From: Octopus bimaculoides
Lineage: Eukaryota
Length of the DNA stretch: 64,000 bases
Assembly: GCF_001194135.2 (NCBI RefSeq)
Contig: NC_068982.1
Coordinates: 35,024,243-35,088,242, forward strand
Reading direction: 5' to 3'
The notes under the pieces: generated by a model
Databases searched by the model: none
Told to the model about the DNA's origin: nothing
Seen by the model: only the letters and a program-made list of their open reading frames with translations
Made by a program: the position numbers and the translations under genes
Part shown: piece after piece, positions 24,524-36,539 of the stretch
How the letters are laid out: every line of letters begins with the position of its first letter
Position numbering within the stretch: position 1 is the stretch's first letter

Positions 24524-24801
24524 ATAACCACCAACTAGTGATGAAAACTCATTCCACTTGCAAAATACTATGCTTTTTCCAGCGACAAACTGTCGCTGAT
24601 CTCGAAAAGGAGAATTAAGCTATATTAAATCTCTGAGGTAAGCAGTAACAGTACGGAATCGTAAAAAATATTTGCCAACTAAATGTGGCAGTCCCCTAGA
24701 GGGACCATATTGAAAAGAAGTAGCATTTACCCAGTGGGATGTGAGATGTTTCTGCACTTTTACATACCGTTTTATACGTATTACTGAATGTGTCGAATAG
24801 A

Positions 24802-25190
24802 TGTCCGATCCTACTCTGTCAAGGAAATCACTTTCACTAAGTTCACTGTCATTATCAGGGTCAGAATCTGATGCACAAGTTTCATCTTCAAGTTCTTTCA
24901 GAATTTCCACCAATTGACGGGGTATCACTTCATTCTCTGTCCACTTTGGCTTCAGGATTCCAGCTTCCATTGTCCATCCATGCCCTTCGTCTGTACTGAA
25001 GGCTTTACAGTGTTCGCGAGAGCCGAGCTTCCATATCCTGGTCTGGAAGTTGCTTCGCCGAACGTGTCGCTCGAGGACGTTTCTACATGGGGTCGGTGAA
25101 GCGAGATCGAATTACTCAGATTTTGAGAAATCATCCCTGACAGAGTAGGATCGGACAGTGATACTGAAAGTGATGGTGATGATTATTAAT
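24802..25190 (-). mobile_element. Rearranged C-terminal fragment of a DNA-transposon-like protein (possibly Academ/XPG-associated)
   Basis: Open minus frame ~25105-24802: PTPCRNVLERHVRRSNFQTRIWK..EGHGWTMEAGILKPKWTENEVIPRQLVEIL plus an acidic tail. This matches the LPPxxxxLxxHxxRAxYQxxIW..GW..PxW motif that I recall from such proteins; superfamily assignment is uncertain. Confidence 0.45.
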
Positions 25191-26589
25191 CGGACACTTG
25201 CAATGACTGCTGAATGTAATAGATGGTTCACAAACAATGTTGTCATCTTTGACAATTATGTGGCGTACGTGGATGGGACGAAGTTCAATGCATTACAAAG
25301 TTAATGAAACTAAAAACTGTCGTGAAATTAAGAAACAACCAGGTAAGAATTAGGATGAATGCTTACTGTAAATGTATTAATTCAAATTTTAATGATCCGA
25401 AGGGTGCTCAGCTGAGATTTCTAACTCAACTTTAAAGCAAACTCGTACATCCATTGTTTTAATTCTGTGTATATGCCTACCAAGAAGGAAGGTAGCTGCA
25501 GCAACACTTGAAATGGATCTTGTTTAAACCTGAGAGATAGAAAGTATTATACAAGCTGGTATTTGTTTCAATATTAAGATTATATGGCACATTTCATAAC
25601 GACCAACCATGTATAGCAAACTGCTATGGTGTAGGTATGGTCAACTTTTGTTTACTTTTGACTTCAACAACCTCTTTGACGAAAGTATTTGCATAATTTG
25701 ATGTTTCATTTTATAGATCAACTCTGTGATCATTTGCAATGATTCAAAGAAAGATTCTAAAGTACCACTTGCTATATTTTGCCTTACTTTTATTTGACAC
25801 ATTCAGCAATACGTACAAAACAGAATGTAAAAGTGCAGAAATATCTCGCATTCCACAGGGTAAACACTACTTCTTTTCAATTTTCTTTTACTTCTAGTAT
25901 TAAAAAGCACATGTAAACCTTCGTTTTGATTTAAACTTTCAATAAAAAAAGACGTTATATGGTCTTGGTGATAAATAAAACCTGTGAATGCGAGATATTA
26001 TAGGTAAAGGTCAAAGTTGGTGACCTTTTGACCTATAGTGACCTTTATACAGAATAAATTTGCTTATCATTTACATGAACTTGTAGATCTTGACTAGGCA
26101 ATCATTTGAAGTGGTCATTTGAAATATTTTGGCGAAGAATTGCAAAGTTAGAGCTGTTTGAATTTTCCATACCCCTAATTTCTTCCTCCAGCTGGGCGTG
26201 GTATCTTCCATCCCAGTCGTTTTGCTGGCAACATAAATTTTCGGGTTTGTTAGACCCAGGGCTACACGAAAATACCCATTAAAGTAAATCGCAAGGGCAG
26301 TGCACCATGATAACCTCTATCCCATAGCCTAACACTTATGCTGATGAACCCACAGTGGTTACTAGACAATGACAATGGAAAAGACGATGAATTGATATGG
26401 TTGCCGTTTTACCCGTTGCTTGTTACTTTTACTGAGATATACTTTGTATTTCCTTCTTTCGCCGAGGCAAATAAAAGAAACCTTAATACCAACAATGTAC
26501 TGAGATCGATGCTGTCAACTAAACCACTTACCTCAAAATTACCAGCCTTGCACCTACATTAAAAACAATTAGTAGCGTTAGTTTTGATT

Positions 26590-26890
26590 TCAAATTTTGG
26601 CACAAGACCAGCAAGTTCGGGGAATGGGGTAAGCTGATTACACCGATCCCAGTATATAACTGGTACTTATTTTATCACCCTGAAAGGATAAAAGCCAAAG
26701 TTGACCTCGACGGAATTTGAACTCAGAACTTAAAGACGGAAGATATCCCGCTAAGCATTTTGCTCGGAGTGTTAACGATTTTGCCAGCTCGCCGCCTTAA
26801 GTAATGTTGACATTAGTTTCAAATCTTGGCACCAGATCATTAAGTTTGGGATGGAGTGGGTAAGTCGATTACATCGACCCCAGTGTTCAA
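26590..26890 (-). mobile_element. Family A SINE (26590-26800) plus an adjacent partial copy (~26810-26890)
   Basis: tttggcacaagaccagc..ataactggtacttattttatc..gaatttgaactcagaac..aacgattttgccagctcgccgccttaa. Confidence 0.85.
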
Positions 26891-26944
26891 TGACCTTATC
26901 AAAGATGGACGCAGTTGGGTGTCTGTCATTGATAAGACCAAGGA

Positions 26945-27200
26945 GGTTCGAAATCATGTGATCTGGTGATTTCGGTGCTGGAGACGGCGGGTACTTATTT
27001 CCCCGTTAGCGATATAAACAGGAGTGCATTTTACACCGAAAGCCAATATGAGAGGTTCTCTCATGGTATCTACCGCAGTATTATAGTCTGTTCTAACAGA
27101 ACATCTATGTTTAAGTGGAGGTAAATGTTATCACTAGAAAAGTATTGCAGGAACAGAAAATATCAATACTTGGCAGAGGTGGGGGATAATAAACATCATT
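26945..27200 (-). repeat. Unclassified dispersed repeat, copy 2
   Basis: Reverse complement homology to 14540-14795, including both small hairpins. Confidence 0.75.
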
Positions 27201-27466
27201 ACGGAAATGAGCATGAAGTTTAATTACGCAGTCAAAAGGTTAAGTACCAGGTGAGTGCTGATACAGGCCTCGCTTTATCTCTCTTCTGTTGTTACATCCT
27301 TTACGTCCCGCTGCGTTTAGCATTGGAGATCCTTAAGTGTATCCATGCACACCCGCGTCTACATATATACATCGGTGCTACCAATATGTATATAGATATA
27401 GTTATAATAGCTGGTTTTTGAAAAGATGATTATTCAAATGGTTTAATCAGGCTGGAAATGTTATAT

Positions 27467-27559
<93 letters not shown>

Positions 27560-28440
27560 AAGTAAATAGAGAAAACCAGTCGGTCATCTATAGTTAGGTT
27601 ATTTGGACTGCTATTGCAATCTCATAAGACAATACTGATATAGTACTCTGATTAAACGTGCTACTTTTGTTCCGTACTATCACAGATTTTTCAGACCTGG
27701 GAACTTTATAAAATCCTTTCAATTTAGGAAATATTTCACATCTTTAAGGAAACTCACTGTTTAAAATCAACATCATAAAGATAAAGTTTCGTTTCCTCTC
27801 TTCAAATTTGAATTATTTCTTTCGTATTGCTGACCAAAATTTGACATATAATTCGTGTTATTCTGCCCTTTCCGGTCTTTTATCAGCTCAATTCAGTTTT
27901 GGGTAATTTTTCTTGACAACTGATACGACTGAAATCAGATCAAGTTCTAGATATTTGTACAAGTTGAAGAAAGCTGAAGAATTTTATTTGACAGGCGGGA
28001 TAAATATGTTAGAGCAATGCGACAGTATTTATATGCTTCTGTATCATAGTACTTTCATTCTATGCTTGAATAGCAATATAAATAACTGACAGTGGCCTCG
28101 TTTGAAAGAGAAATTCAACTATAGTAATACTGTTGATTTTGTTTTGTTTTTCAATTATTCACTTTTCTGCCAATCTTTTAAATGCAATTACACTAATTTT
28201 ACGACGTGAGTCTTGAAAAATGATATTACATTAAATATTTTAAATATTTACGAGCTAAAATTGGCGTTCATTTATATGTTTGTTCATTCGCACTTCATTA
28301 AATCTTTCTTCAGTTACTTTTTTCTGCAACGATACATGGGGAGAAAATTTTTTAAACTGAGTGAACAGGAAAAACAAGACATTGGTCATCCAGCCATTAT
28401 AAAGTATATCACTTGCAACTTGTCAATAAACGACGTGTTA

Positions 28441-28500
<60 letters not shown>

Positions 28501-28531
28501 GTCAGTCAGTCAATCTGTATATATATATTAT

Positions 28532-28575
<44 letters not shown>

Positions 28576-28624
28576 GTGCGTGTTTGTCAGTAAATACATA
28601 CATGCATATATATATATATATATA

Positions 28625-28698
28625 TGGCCAGATAACTGAAGAGATGGCGGCGCGGGTTTCCGCCCCGGCATCCGAAACTAGGAGTTTTATCATGGCTA
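28625..28698 (+). ncRNA. Type I hammerhead ribozyme motif with long GC-rich stem II
   Basis: Stem I UGGCCA-GAUAA / UUAUC-(A bulge)-UGGCUA; CUGAAGA 28636-28642; stem II 28643-28672 with 11 of 13 pairs and GUUU loop; one extra C; GAAA 28674-28677; stem III ACU/AGU with AGG loop; GUU triplet, predicted cut after 28686. Confidence 0.72.
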
Positions 28699-28725
28699 CC
28701 GAATAATTGCCACATNNNNNNNNNN

Positions 28726-28764
<39 letters not shown>

Positions 28765-31383
28765 GCATATATATGCATACATGTATGTACGTATGTGTGC
28801 GTATATGCATATCAGATTTCCAAAGTAATTTTACGAAGTAGGACATGACTTGCTTGCAGGTCTACAATGGTATGTCCTCTCAAAATCCAATAATGGTGTT
28901 ATTGAGGTTGTTGGGCCCATTTTGATATTCATGTTCCCCTCATTGGCTCCCTGGGTTCCGGAACCGATGTACCGTAGAATTCCGTTGTCGCAGACCCTTT
29001 ATACATACATACATACATACATACATACATACATACATACATACATGTACAATCCCTTACAACACTATGACCCCAATAGGCTTCAGGCGATTCTTGGAAG
29101 TGAAGTCTATTCTTAGCTACAACAGCGACAACATGAATGTCTTCCGTCTTTTTTCTCTGTTAAAATATTTGAGAAATATTATATTAATTTGTCCTGATAG
29201 TTAAAATTCTATTTATTTATTTGTGCAGCTGAAGATGGCACTGCATTTAAATTGNNNNNNNNNNNNNNNNNNNNNNNNNNNNNNNNNNNNNNNNNNNNNN
29301 NNNNNNNNNNNNNNNNNNNNNNNNNNNNNNNNNNNNNNNNNNNNNNNNNNNNNNNNNNNNNNNNNNNNNNNNNNNNNNNNNNNNNNNNNNNNNNNNNNNN
29401 NNNNNNNNNNNNNNNNNNNNNNNNNNNNNNNNNNNNNNNNNNNNNNNNNNNNNNNNNNNNNNNNNNNNNNNNNNNNNNNNNNNNNNNNNNNNNNNNNNNN
29501 NNNNNNNNNNNNNNNNNNNNNNNNNNNNNNNNNNNNNNNNNNNNNNNNNNNNNNNNNNNNNNNNNNNNNNNNNNNNNNNNNNNNNNNNNNNNNNNNNNNN
29601 NNNNNNNNNNNNNNACGGGTTGCGGAGAAAGAAAGAATATCTAGCCATTTGTTTGATAGTGGTAAGAATAATATGAGCATGAATTACAATTACACTTCTT
29701 ACTTTGAACGTCTGAAAAGAGTTACCATGATAATGTTGACGGGGATGAGATAAGCATGAAGATGCCGATAAGGAAAGGAAGGATGGGAAGACGGCGACAC
29801 CGACGATAATGCTAATGATGATAACGATGGTGATGCTGACGATGACGACGTTGATGATGCTGATGCTGACAAGGGGCAAGTTTATATATTTTCCTCAATT
29901 ATGTTTCATAATCCATTATAAACTGGAATTATAATGCACACACACACACACACACACACATATTCACATATATTTAGAGAGAGTTTAAGACAGAGAGAGG
30001 GAGGGAGGGAGAGATGAGTGTCTTTGAGGCTGTGTGCGTTTACGTATACATACGCTATCAAGACCAAATGTTAAACGTTGTCATTGCGCGTTCACCTCTT
30101 ATTTTTGTTTCCCATTTCCTCAAAACCGTTTAGATTTTCTGTCTACCCGTCACGGAGAATTGGTAGCGAGGAAAATGGTTAAACACCAGCTGCTTACAAT
30201 AAACAGTGAAAACTTCTCCATTGACTTACAGACTCATTAAAATCTCACGGCTGAAGGGCTTAGGCGAGATTTTCGTATAGTATTCCAATTAGTACACATT
30301 AAACCAGCAGATATAACTCACTCTGTATACATTTACGATTGCAGAAAGTTGTGGAAATAAGGTTATAAGCATGTTAAAATACACATTAACAATCCTTCTA
30401 TATGCACGCATGCACACATGCACACGCACACACACATATACACGCACACCCATATGTATATACATAGACAAATACATACATATATATATATATATATATA
30501 NNNNNNNNNNNNNNNNNNNNNNNNNNNNNNNNNNNNNNNNNNNNNNNNNNNNNNNNNNNNNNNNNNNNNNNNNNNNNNNNNNNNNNNNNNNNNNNNNNNN
30601 NNNNNNNNNNNNNNNNNNNNNNNNNNNNNNNNNNNNNNNNNNNNNNNNNNNNNNNNNNNNNNNNNNNNNNNNNNNNNNNNNNNNNNNNNNNNNNNNNNNN
30701 NNNNNNNNNNNNNNNNNNNNNNNNNNNNNNNNNNNNNNNNNNNNNNNNNNNNNNNNNNNNNNNNNNNNNNNNNNNNNNNNNNNNNNNNNNNNNNNNNNNN
30801 NNNNNNNNNNNNNNNNNNNNNNNNNNNNNNNNNNNNNNNNNNNNNNNNNNNNNNNNNNNNNNNNNNNNNNNNNNNNNNNNNNNNNNNNNNNNNNNNNNNN
30901 NNNNNNNNNNNNNNNNNNNNNNNNNNNNNNNNNNNNNNNNNNNTATATATATATATATATATATATTAATATCTAGGTGAAGTAACAGTACCAAAGCTAG
31001 AGCACGTTGCGTATCAAAGAAATGCTGCCATTGCACTATGCTACTCTCACTCTATTTACGTGCAGCACAACAAAAATCTTTCGATTTACTAAGAATACTT
31101 GACATTAGAAACCCTTACAGATCATTCAGGACAATTAACACATCTGTAATATTTTCAAAACTTTCAGATATTAGGTTTCCCATTCAAGGTCAGAAACGGT
31201 TCCGACCAGACACCATTAGCGAATGATGGTCTTTAAAGCATAAATTCAGCTTCACGTTCTGTGGTTGCTTCAATATCTGGGACAATGCTGTTAGTTGCAT
31301 CACACAAAAGAATACATTATACACTGCTTCCAAAACTGGTTGTCTTTAGCTAATAAGTACAATTCATTCCACTCGCTGACTTT

Positions 31384-31481
<98 letters not shown>

Positions 31482-31514
31482 ATTGTTATTATTATTATTA
31501 TTATTATTATTGAG

Positions 31515-32056
31515 TGAGAGAGCAGTGCATGCTATCAAAGTGACACTGGGGTACAAGTATACGAAGCCCAATATACCCATCATGACTAACTGTCTGATAA
31601 AGGTACACCAGGCACATGCATCACAACCATATGTGCGCGACAAGGTGACCTTATATCAAAATAAACAGCACATGACCGTACAGTTGGGACCCAGTTAAAA
31701 TTTTCTTCAAGTTGAGTAGCCCATCCTACTCAAAAAGTCCCTGAATAAGGTTTGTTTAAGGATGTTGAACGAAACATTCATGTTTCCAGAGGCGAATTAT
31801 TCAAACTCCCAAGAATTCCTCTACACACATGGCTATGACGCTCTCCCACTACTTCTGCTCGTGATCAGAGATGCACATATTGTCAATCACTAAAGAACAT
31901 GCTCAAGTGGTTATGGTCAAGCAACTGACAAGGAAATCAGTGACACTGAGCAGAATTTGTTGTATCCCATCTTTTATATCAAGATGAAACATGTACAATG
32001 TAACACTTCTAATCAATTAGGATGAGAAGCCCTGAGAGCCAGTGCCTGGTACGGCA

Positions 32057-32060
<4 letters not shown>
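31515..32060. repeat. Probable interspersed repeat (retroposon-like) between (TAT)n tracts
   Basis: Complex ~540-bp block bounded by trinucleotide tracts; resembles a common octopus repeat from memory. Only one copy in the window, so not self-verifiable. Confidence 0.4.
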
Positions 32061-32141
<81 letters not shown>

Positions 32142-33225
32142 GTTAGTATGTTCCTTTGAACTGAACCATCTGATAGCCCTTGCCAACGTCGCACCAATAA
32201 TCAAAAAGATATAAAATTCTAAAAACAAAAGTCCTGCTCTCTGCCGTGTCTCTGCCGTGTCCCACCCCCAAAAAACTGTAATCAGTACTTGGCTTATTTT
32301 CTCCTTCCTTGAATCAGAATCTTTTAAAAGTCATTTTCTGTTCCCGCCTTCCCTACAGGCATCAAGCTAGAAGTCGAACATCAATCGACCCCAACCTTGA
32401 TATATTCTAGACATCCTTTAGAAGTCTTGTATTAGTGTCTTTGAACTGCTGAAGAACTTTAAATTGGCAATCAAACAATTCTAGTCTTTAAAGTATTGAA
32501 AATTTACTGTAAACTATAGTAACCACTAAAACTAGTTAGATCCTACTTACTTGTTCGATATTTCACTCGTTTGGTTTTGATTATTCTCTGCACTGTTGGT
32601 TCTAATATTTCCATCGAGAAGCCTGCAGCATGTTGGATATATTATTCGCTCTATTCTACGTAGTATTGGAACTGATGCCACAAATATTTCCATTTGAGAA
32701 AACTCACTCAAAACTTGCGAAATAGAAAATTTCTTCTTTCGTGTCATCTCAAGGATTGCAGGATTCAAAACAAACATTTTCTCCAACTGTAACTTGTATT
32801 CAGTTTTTTAAACTTCTACAAAACCGGGAAACAGATTTTAAATACTAAAGATGATTTTAAATTGTTTCATTCTCCTCCAGTTCCTAGCATTTTGTTTTTC
32901 GCTATGACCACTTTGCTTTAAGATCTGCAAGGAATTCACAAAAATTGGGGTTGGTGGAGCCCAAGGACCAACATTTTGTCTACGACAAGGATTTTTCTCC
33001 GTGATAAGATGCAGTGAATGGCTTTCTTACGGGTTCTAATATGTCTCAAGCATATTTGAACTGGTAACAAGTTTATATTTGAATATATCACTGCTTAGAG
33101 CTTCTAATCCGTATTTCAAAACAACCGTGGCATCGATTAGCGCAACCAGTTGCAGTAGTTTGACTGGAATATAATATGAGAGAACTGATCCCTCGTAGTC
33201 AGTTCGGAGCGTCTTTCTCTTCAGT

Positions 33226-33277
33226 AGTCTATGCTGAAGAGGGGATAACTACTCCGAAATGCATACATCCATCGACT
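33226..33277 (+). ncRNA. Type I hammerhead ribozyme motif
   Basis: Stem I AGUCUAUG/CAUCGACU (7 of 8 bp); CUGAAGA 33234-33240; stem II GGGG/CUCC with AUAACUA loop; GAAA 33256-33259; stem III AUG/CAU with CAUA loop; AUC triplet, predicted cut after 33269. Confidence 0.75.
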
Positions 33278-33627
33278 TGGGTAGAGCGTGCCACGGACTA
33301 ACTTGGTATGTTTAAACTCTTTAGTCTGCAGCGATAATGTTTCTCCATGTCAAAAGGCAGGGAATGACTTTATTAGTGACGCGAATATATTTTAAGCATA
33401 TTTGAACTGGGCACAAGATTATACTAAGGGTGAATATATCCAATAATGGTTAAGCACCCGCTAAGGTCGAATCTCCTTCCAAATATTATCTTATATCTTC
33501 CATTGACATCTATCCACCGACACTTCTAAATTCAAATCTCGACTGATTATTCATTATCTCATACAATGAGGCGGACAACTTTGATAAAAATCTATATCCA
33601 ATATATTGCAATCTTTCTCTTTCCGAC

Positions 33628-33653
33628 TATTCCTCAGATTATACATGTAGATA

Positions 33654-33693
<40 letters not shown>

Positions 33694-33719
33694 TATCTAC
33701 ATGTATAATCTGAGGAATA
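33628..33719. repeat. Perfect 92-bp palindrome (33-bp arms around (AT)13) abutting a gap
   Basis: tattcctcagattatacatgtagatatgtgtgc (33628-33660) is the exact reverse complement of 33687-33719; the N gap starts at 33724. Confidence 0.9.
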
Positions 33720-36539
33720 TATANNNNNNNNNNNNNNNNNNNNNNNNNNNNNNNNNNNNNNNNNNNNNNNNNNNNNNNNNNNNNNNNNNNNNNNNNNNNN
33801 NNNNNNNNNNNNNNNNNNNNNNNNNNNNNNNNNNNNNNNNNNNNNNNNNNNNNNNNNNNNNNNNNNNNNNNNNNNNNNNNNNNNNNNNNNNNNNNNNNNN
33901 NNNNNNNNNNNNNNNNNNNNNNNNNNNNNNNNNNNNNNNNNNNNNNNNNNNNNNNNNNNNNNNNNNNNNNNNNNNNNNNNNNNNNNNNNNNNNNNNNNNN
34001 NNNNNNNNNNNNNNNNNNNNNNNNNNNNNNNNNNNNNNNNNNNNNNNNNNNNNNNNNNNNNNNNNNNNNNNNNNNNNNNNNNNNNNNNNNNNNNNNNNNN
34101 NNNNNNNNNNNNNNNNNNNNNNNNNNNNNNNNNNNNNNNNNNNNNNNNNNNNNNNNNNNNNNNNNNNNNNNNNNNNNNNNNNNNNNNNNNNNNNNNNNNN
34201 NNNNNNNNNNNNNNNNNNNNNNNNNNNNNNNNNNNNNNNNNNNNNNNNNNNNNNNNNNNNNNNNNNNNNNNNNNNNNNNNNNNNNNNNNNNNNNNNNNNN
34301 NNNNNNNNNNNNNNNNNNNNNNNNNNNNNNNNNNNNNNNNNNNNNNNNNNNNNNNNNNNNNNNNNNNNNNNNNNNNNNNNNNNNNNNNNNNNNNNNNNNN
34401 NNNNNNNNNNNNNNNNNNNNNNNNNNNNNNNNNNNNNNNNNNNNNNNNNNNNNNNNNNNNNNNNNNNNNNNNNNNNNNNNNNNNNNNNNNNNNNNNNNNN
34501 NNNNNNNNNNNNNNNNNNNNNNNNNNNNNNNNNNNNNNNNNNNNNNNNNNNNNNNNNNNNNNNNNNNNNNNNNNNNNNNNNNNNNNNNNNNNNNNNNNNN
34601 NNNNNNNNNNNNNNNNNNNNNNNNNNNNNNNNNNNNNNNNNNNNNNNNNNNNNNNNNNNNNNNNNNNNNNNNNNNNNNNNNNNNNNNNNNNNNNNNNNNN
34701 NNNNNNNNNNNNNNATATATATATCCAACGCTATCAGCAACAATAAAACAACCACCAAATTCACTACTCTAAAATTATTAGAACAACCATTAAATTCCTT
34801 CCCCAACTACAACAACAACAACTGCAACAATCCACAATATAAATACAGCTACTATTCTCTCGCCACCAAATTTACCAACACCCTTCTTGCTAGCATAATA
34901 GGCTCCCATCACGAACAGTGCACTCTCACTGCTACACCATAACACCAACACAAACGCTATGCTGACATCGTTACAACAACACAAACTCTCTGTTGGCAAC
35001 GCTACAAATACTTGTCCCCTTGCTACTATCATCATCGTTATCATCATCAACGACCACCCCGCAAACTAGCGCTTCCACATCGACCACCTTTAATAATATT
35101 CTCATTACCCACAACCCCTATCAACAAAGATATCTCACATAAAATGGATTTAGTAATTTATTACCTCAAACTTGCTGCCTAATAATAAACCCAATGATAG
35201 ATTTCTATCTTGTTAAATCTATTACATCATCCTGAGGTGCAAAACATGAGAGGTTAACATTCTCAGTCTACGAACTGCAGATATTTATTTTAGTCTTATA
35301 TTCTGTATCTGACTTCAGTTTTGGACTGTAGATATGCTGGGACACCGTCTTGTAGGGTATGGTGGATTATATCCCCCACTTTTACTCATTCGGTCGATCG
35401 TAACTTATTTTTGGCGACGTTTTAAAGGTGAACTGCAAAGAGAACAGGAGCAGGACTTGAAATCCTAATCTAAAAGGGACGTATTTGAATGCGGCAAAAT
35501 ATTTCATAATGGCGCTCTAGTGGGCAAGATAATTATATCTATTTATTTAAGGACTATGTCCTATTTAGAATTGTATAATATTTTACTACATATTTAACTT
35601 AAATGCTGAAATTAATTATGTCTAGAGAACAACTAATAAATGATAGTCTTGAAACATATGCACGAGCGTGTGCACATATGTGTATGTGTGTGTTTATAAA
35701 TGTAGGTATGCATATATATATACATTTATAAGTAGAAATATATATATGTATATACACACGCACATACATCAAGCACACAAAAACACACGCGAACGCACAC
35801 ACGGACAACACACACACACGCACTCACTCGCTCACACACACATACACACGAATTATTGCTGTTTCAAAATGTGTTTGATCCAGCTATGCATACTATATAG
35901 TTACTGTTAACATATTAGCATCAAAAGCTAACAAAGAGATTACTTTGAAGAGGAGAAAAATATTTTGTGATTCAACTGATAAATACCGTTTAATAAAAAT
36001 CTTTCTTTTAGTGTCCTCATACGTATATATAAAATAATAAAATAAAAATAAAACATAATTCAACCAGAACAATGAAGTCACCATAATAAATTACAGCATT
36101 CATATGAGAGGTACAACGCAATGCTAACACCCTTTCGCTCTAAAACAAAACGTCAGTCAGGTGTCAAATAGTACTCTAGTCATTCTCATCTGCTACAATT
36201 TGTTCAGAAAACCTGTAGTTCTATTTGAATGAAGTTGCTTGACCTTCCTCTCTATGATCCATTAAGGCTGGTTACTACATACATAATCATGAATTCTATT
36301 ACATAGTCCTCTGTTTTTTTTTTGTTTTTTTTTTTGCAATTGGCCATCCCTTTTTAGTTGTCATGACATGCATTTTAACTTAACCCTTTTAATAGAGTTC
36401 CTTTATACTGCGCACGAACTACTCAATCCCAAACATTTCACTGTTGTGATCTCGTGATTAAAGTGGCCCACTGGAAAATAATTCTGTTCATTATCACTGG
36501 TACGTCTTAGACAAGGAATCTTTTAAAATATTTTACACA

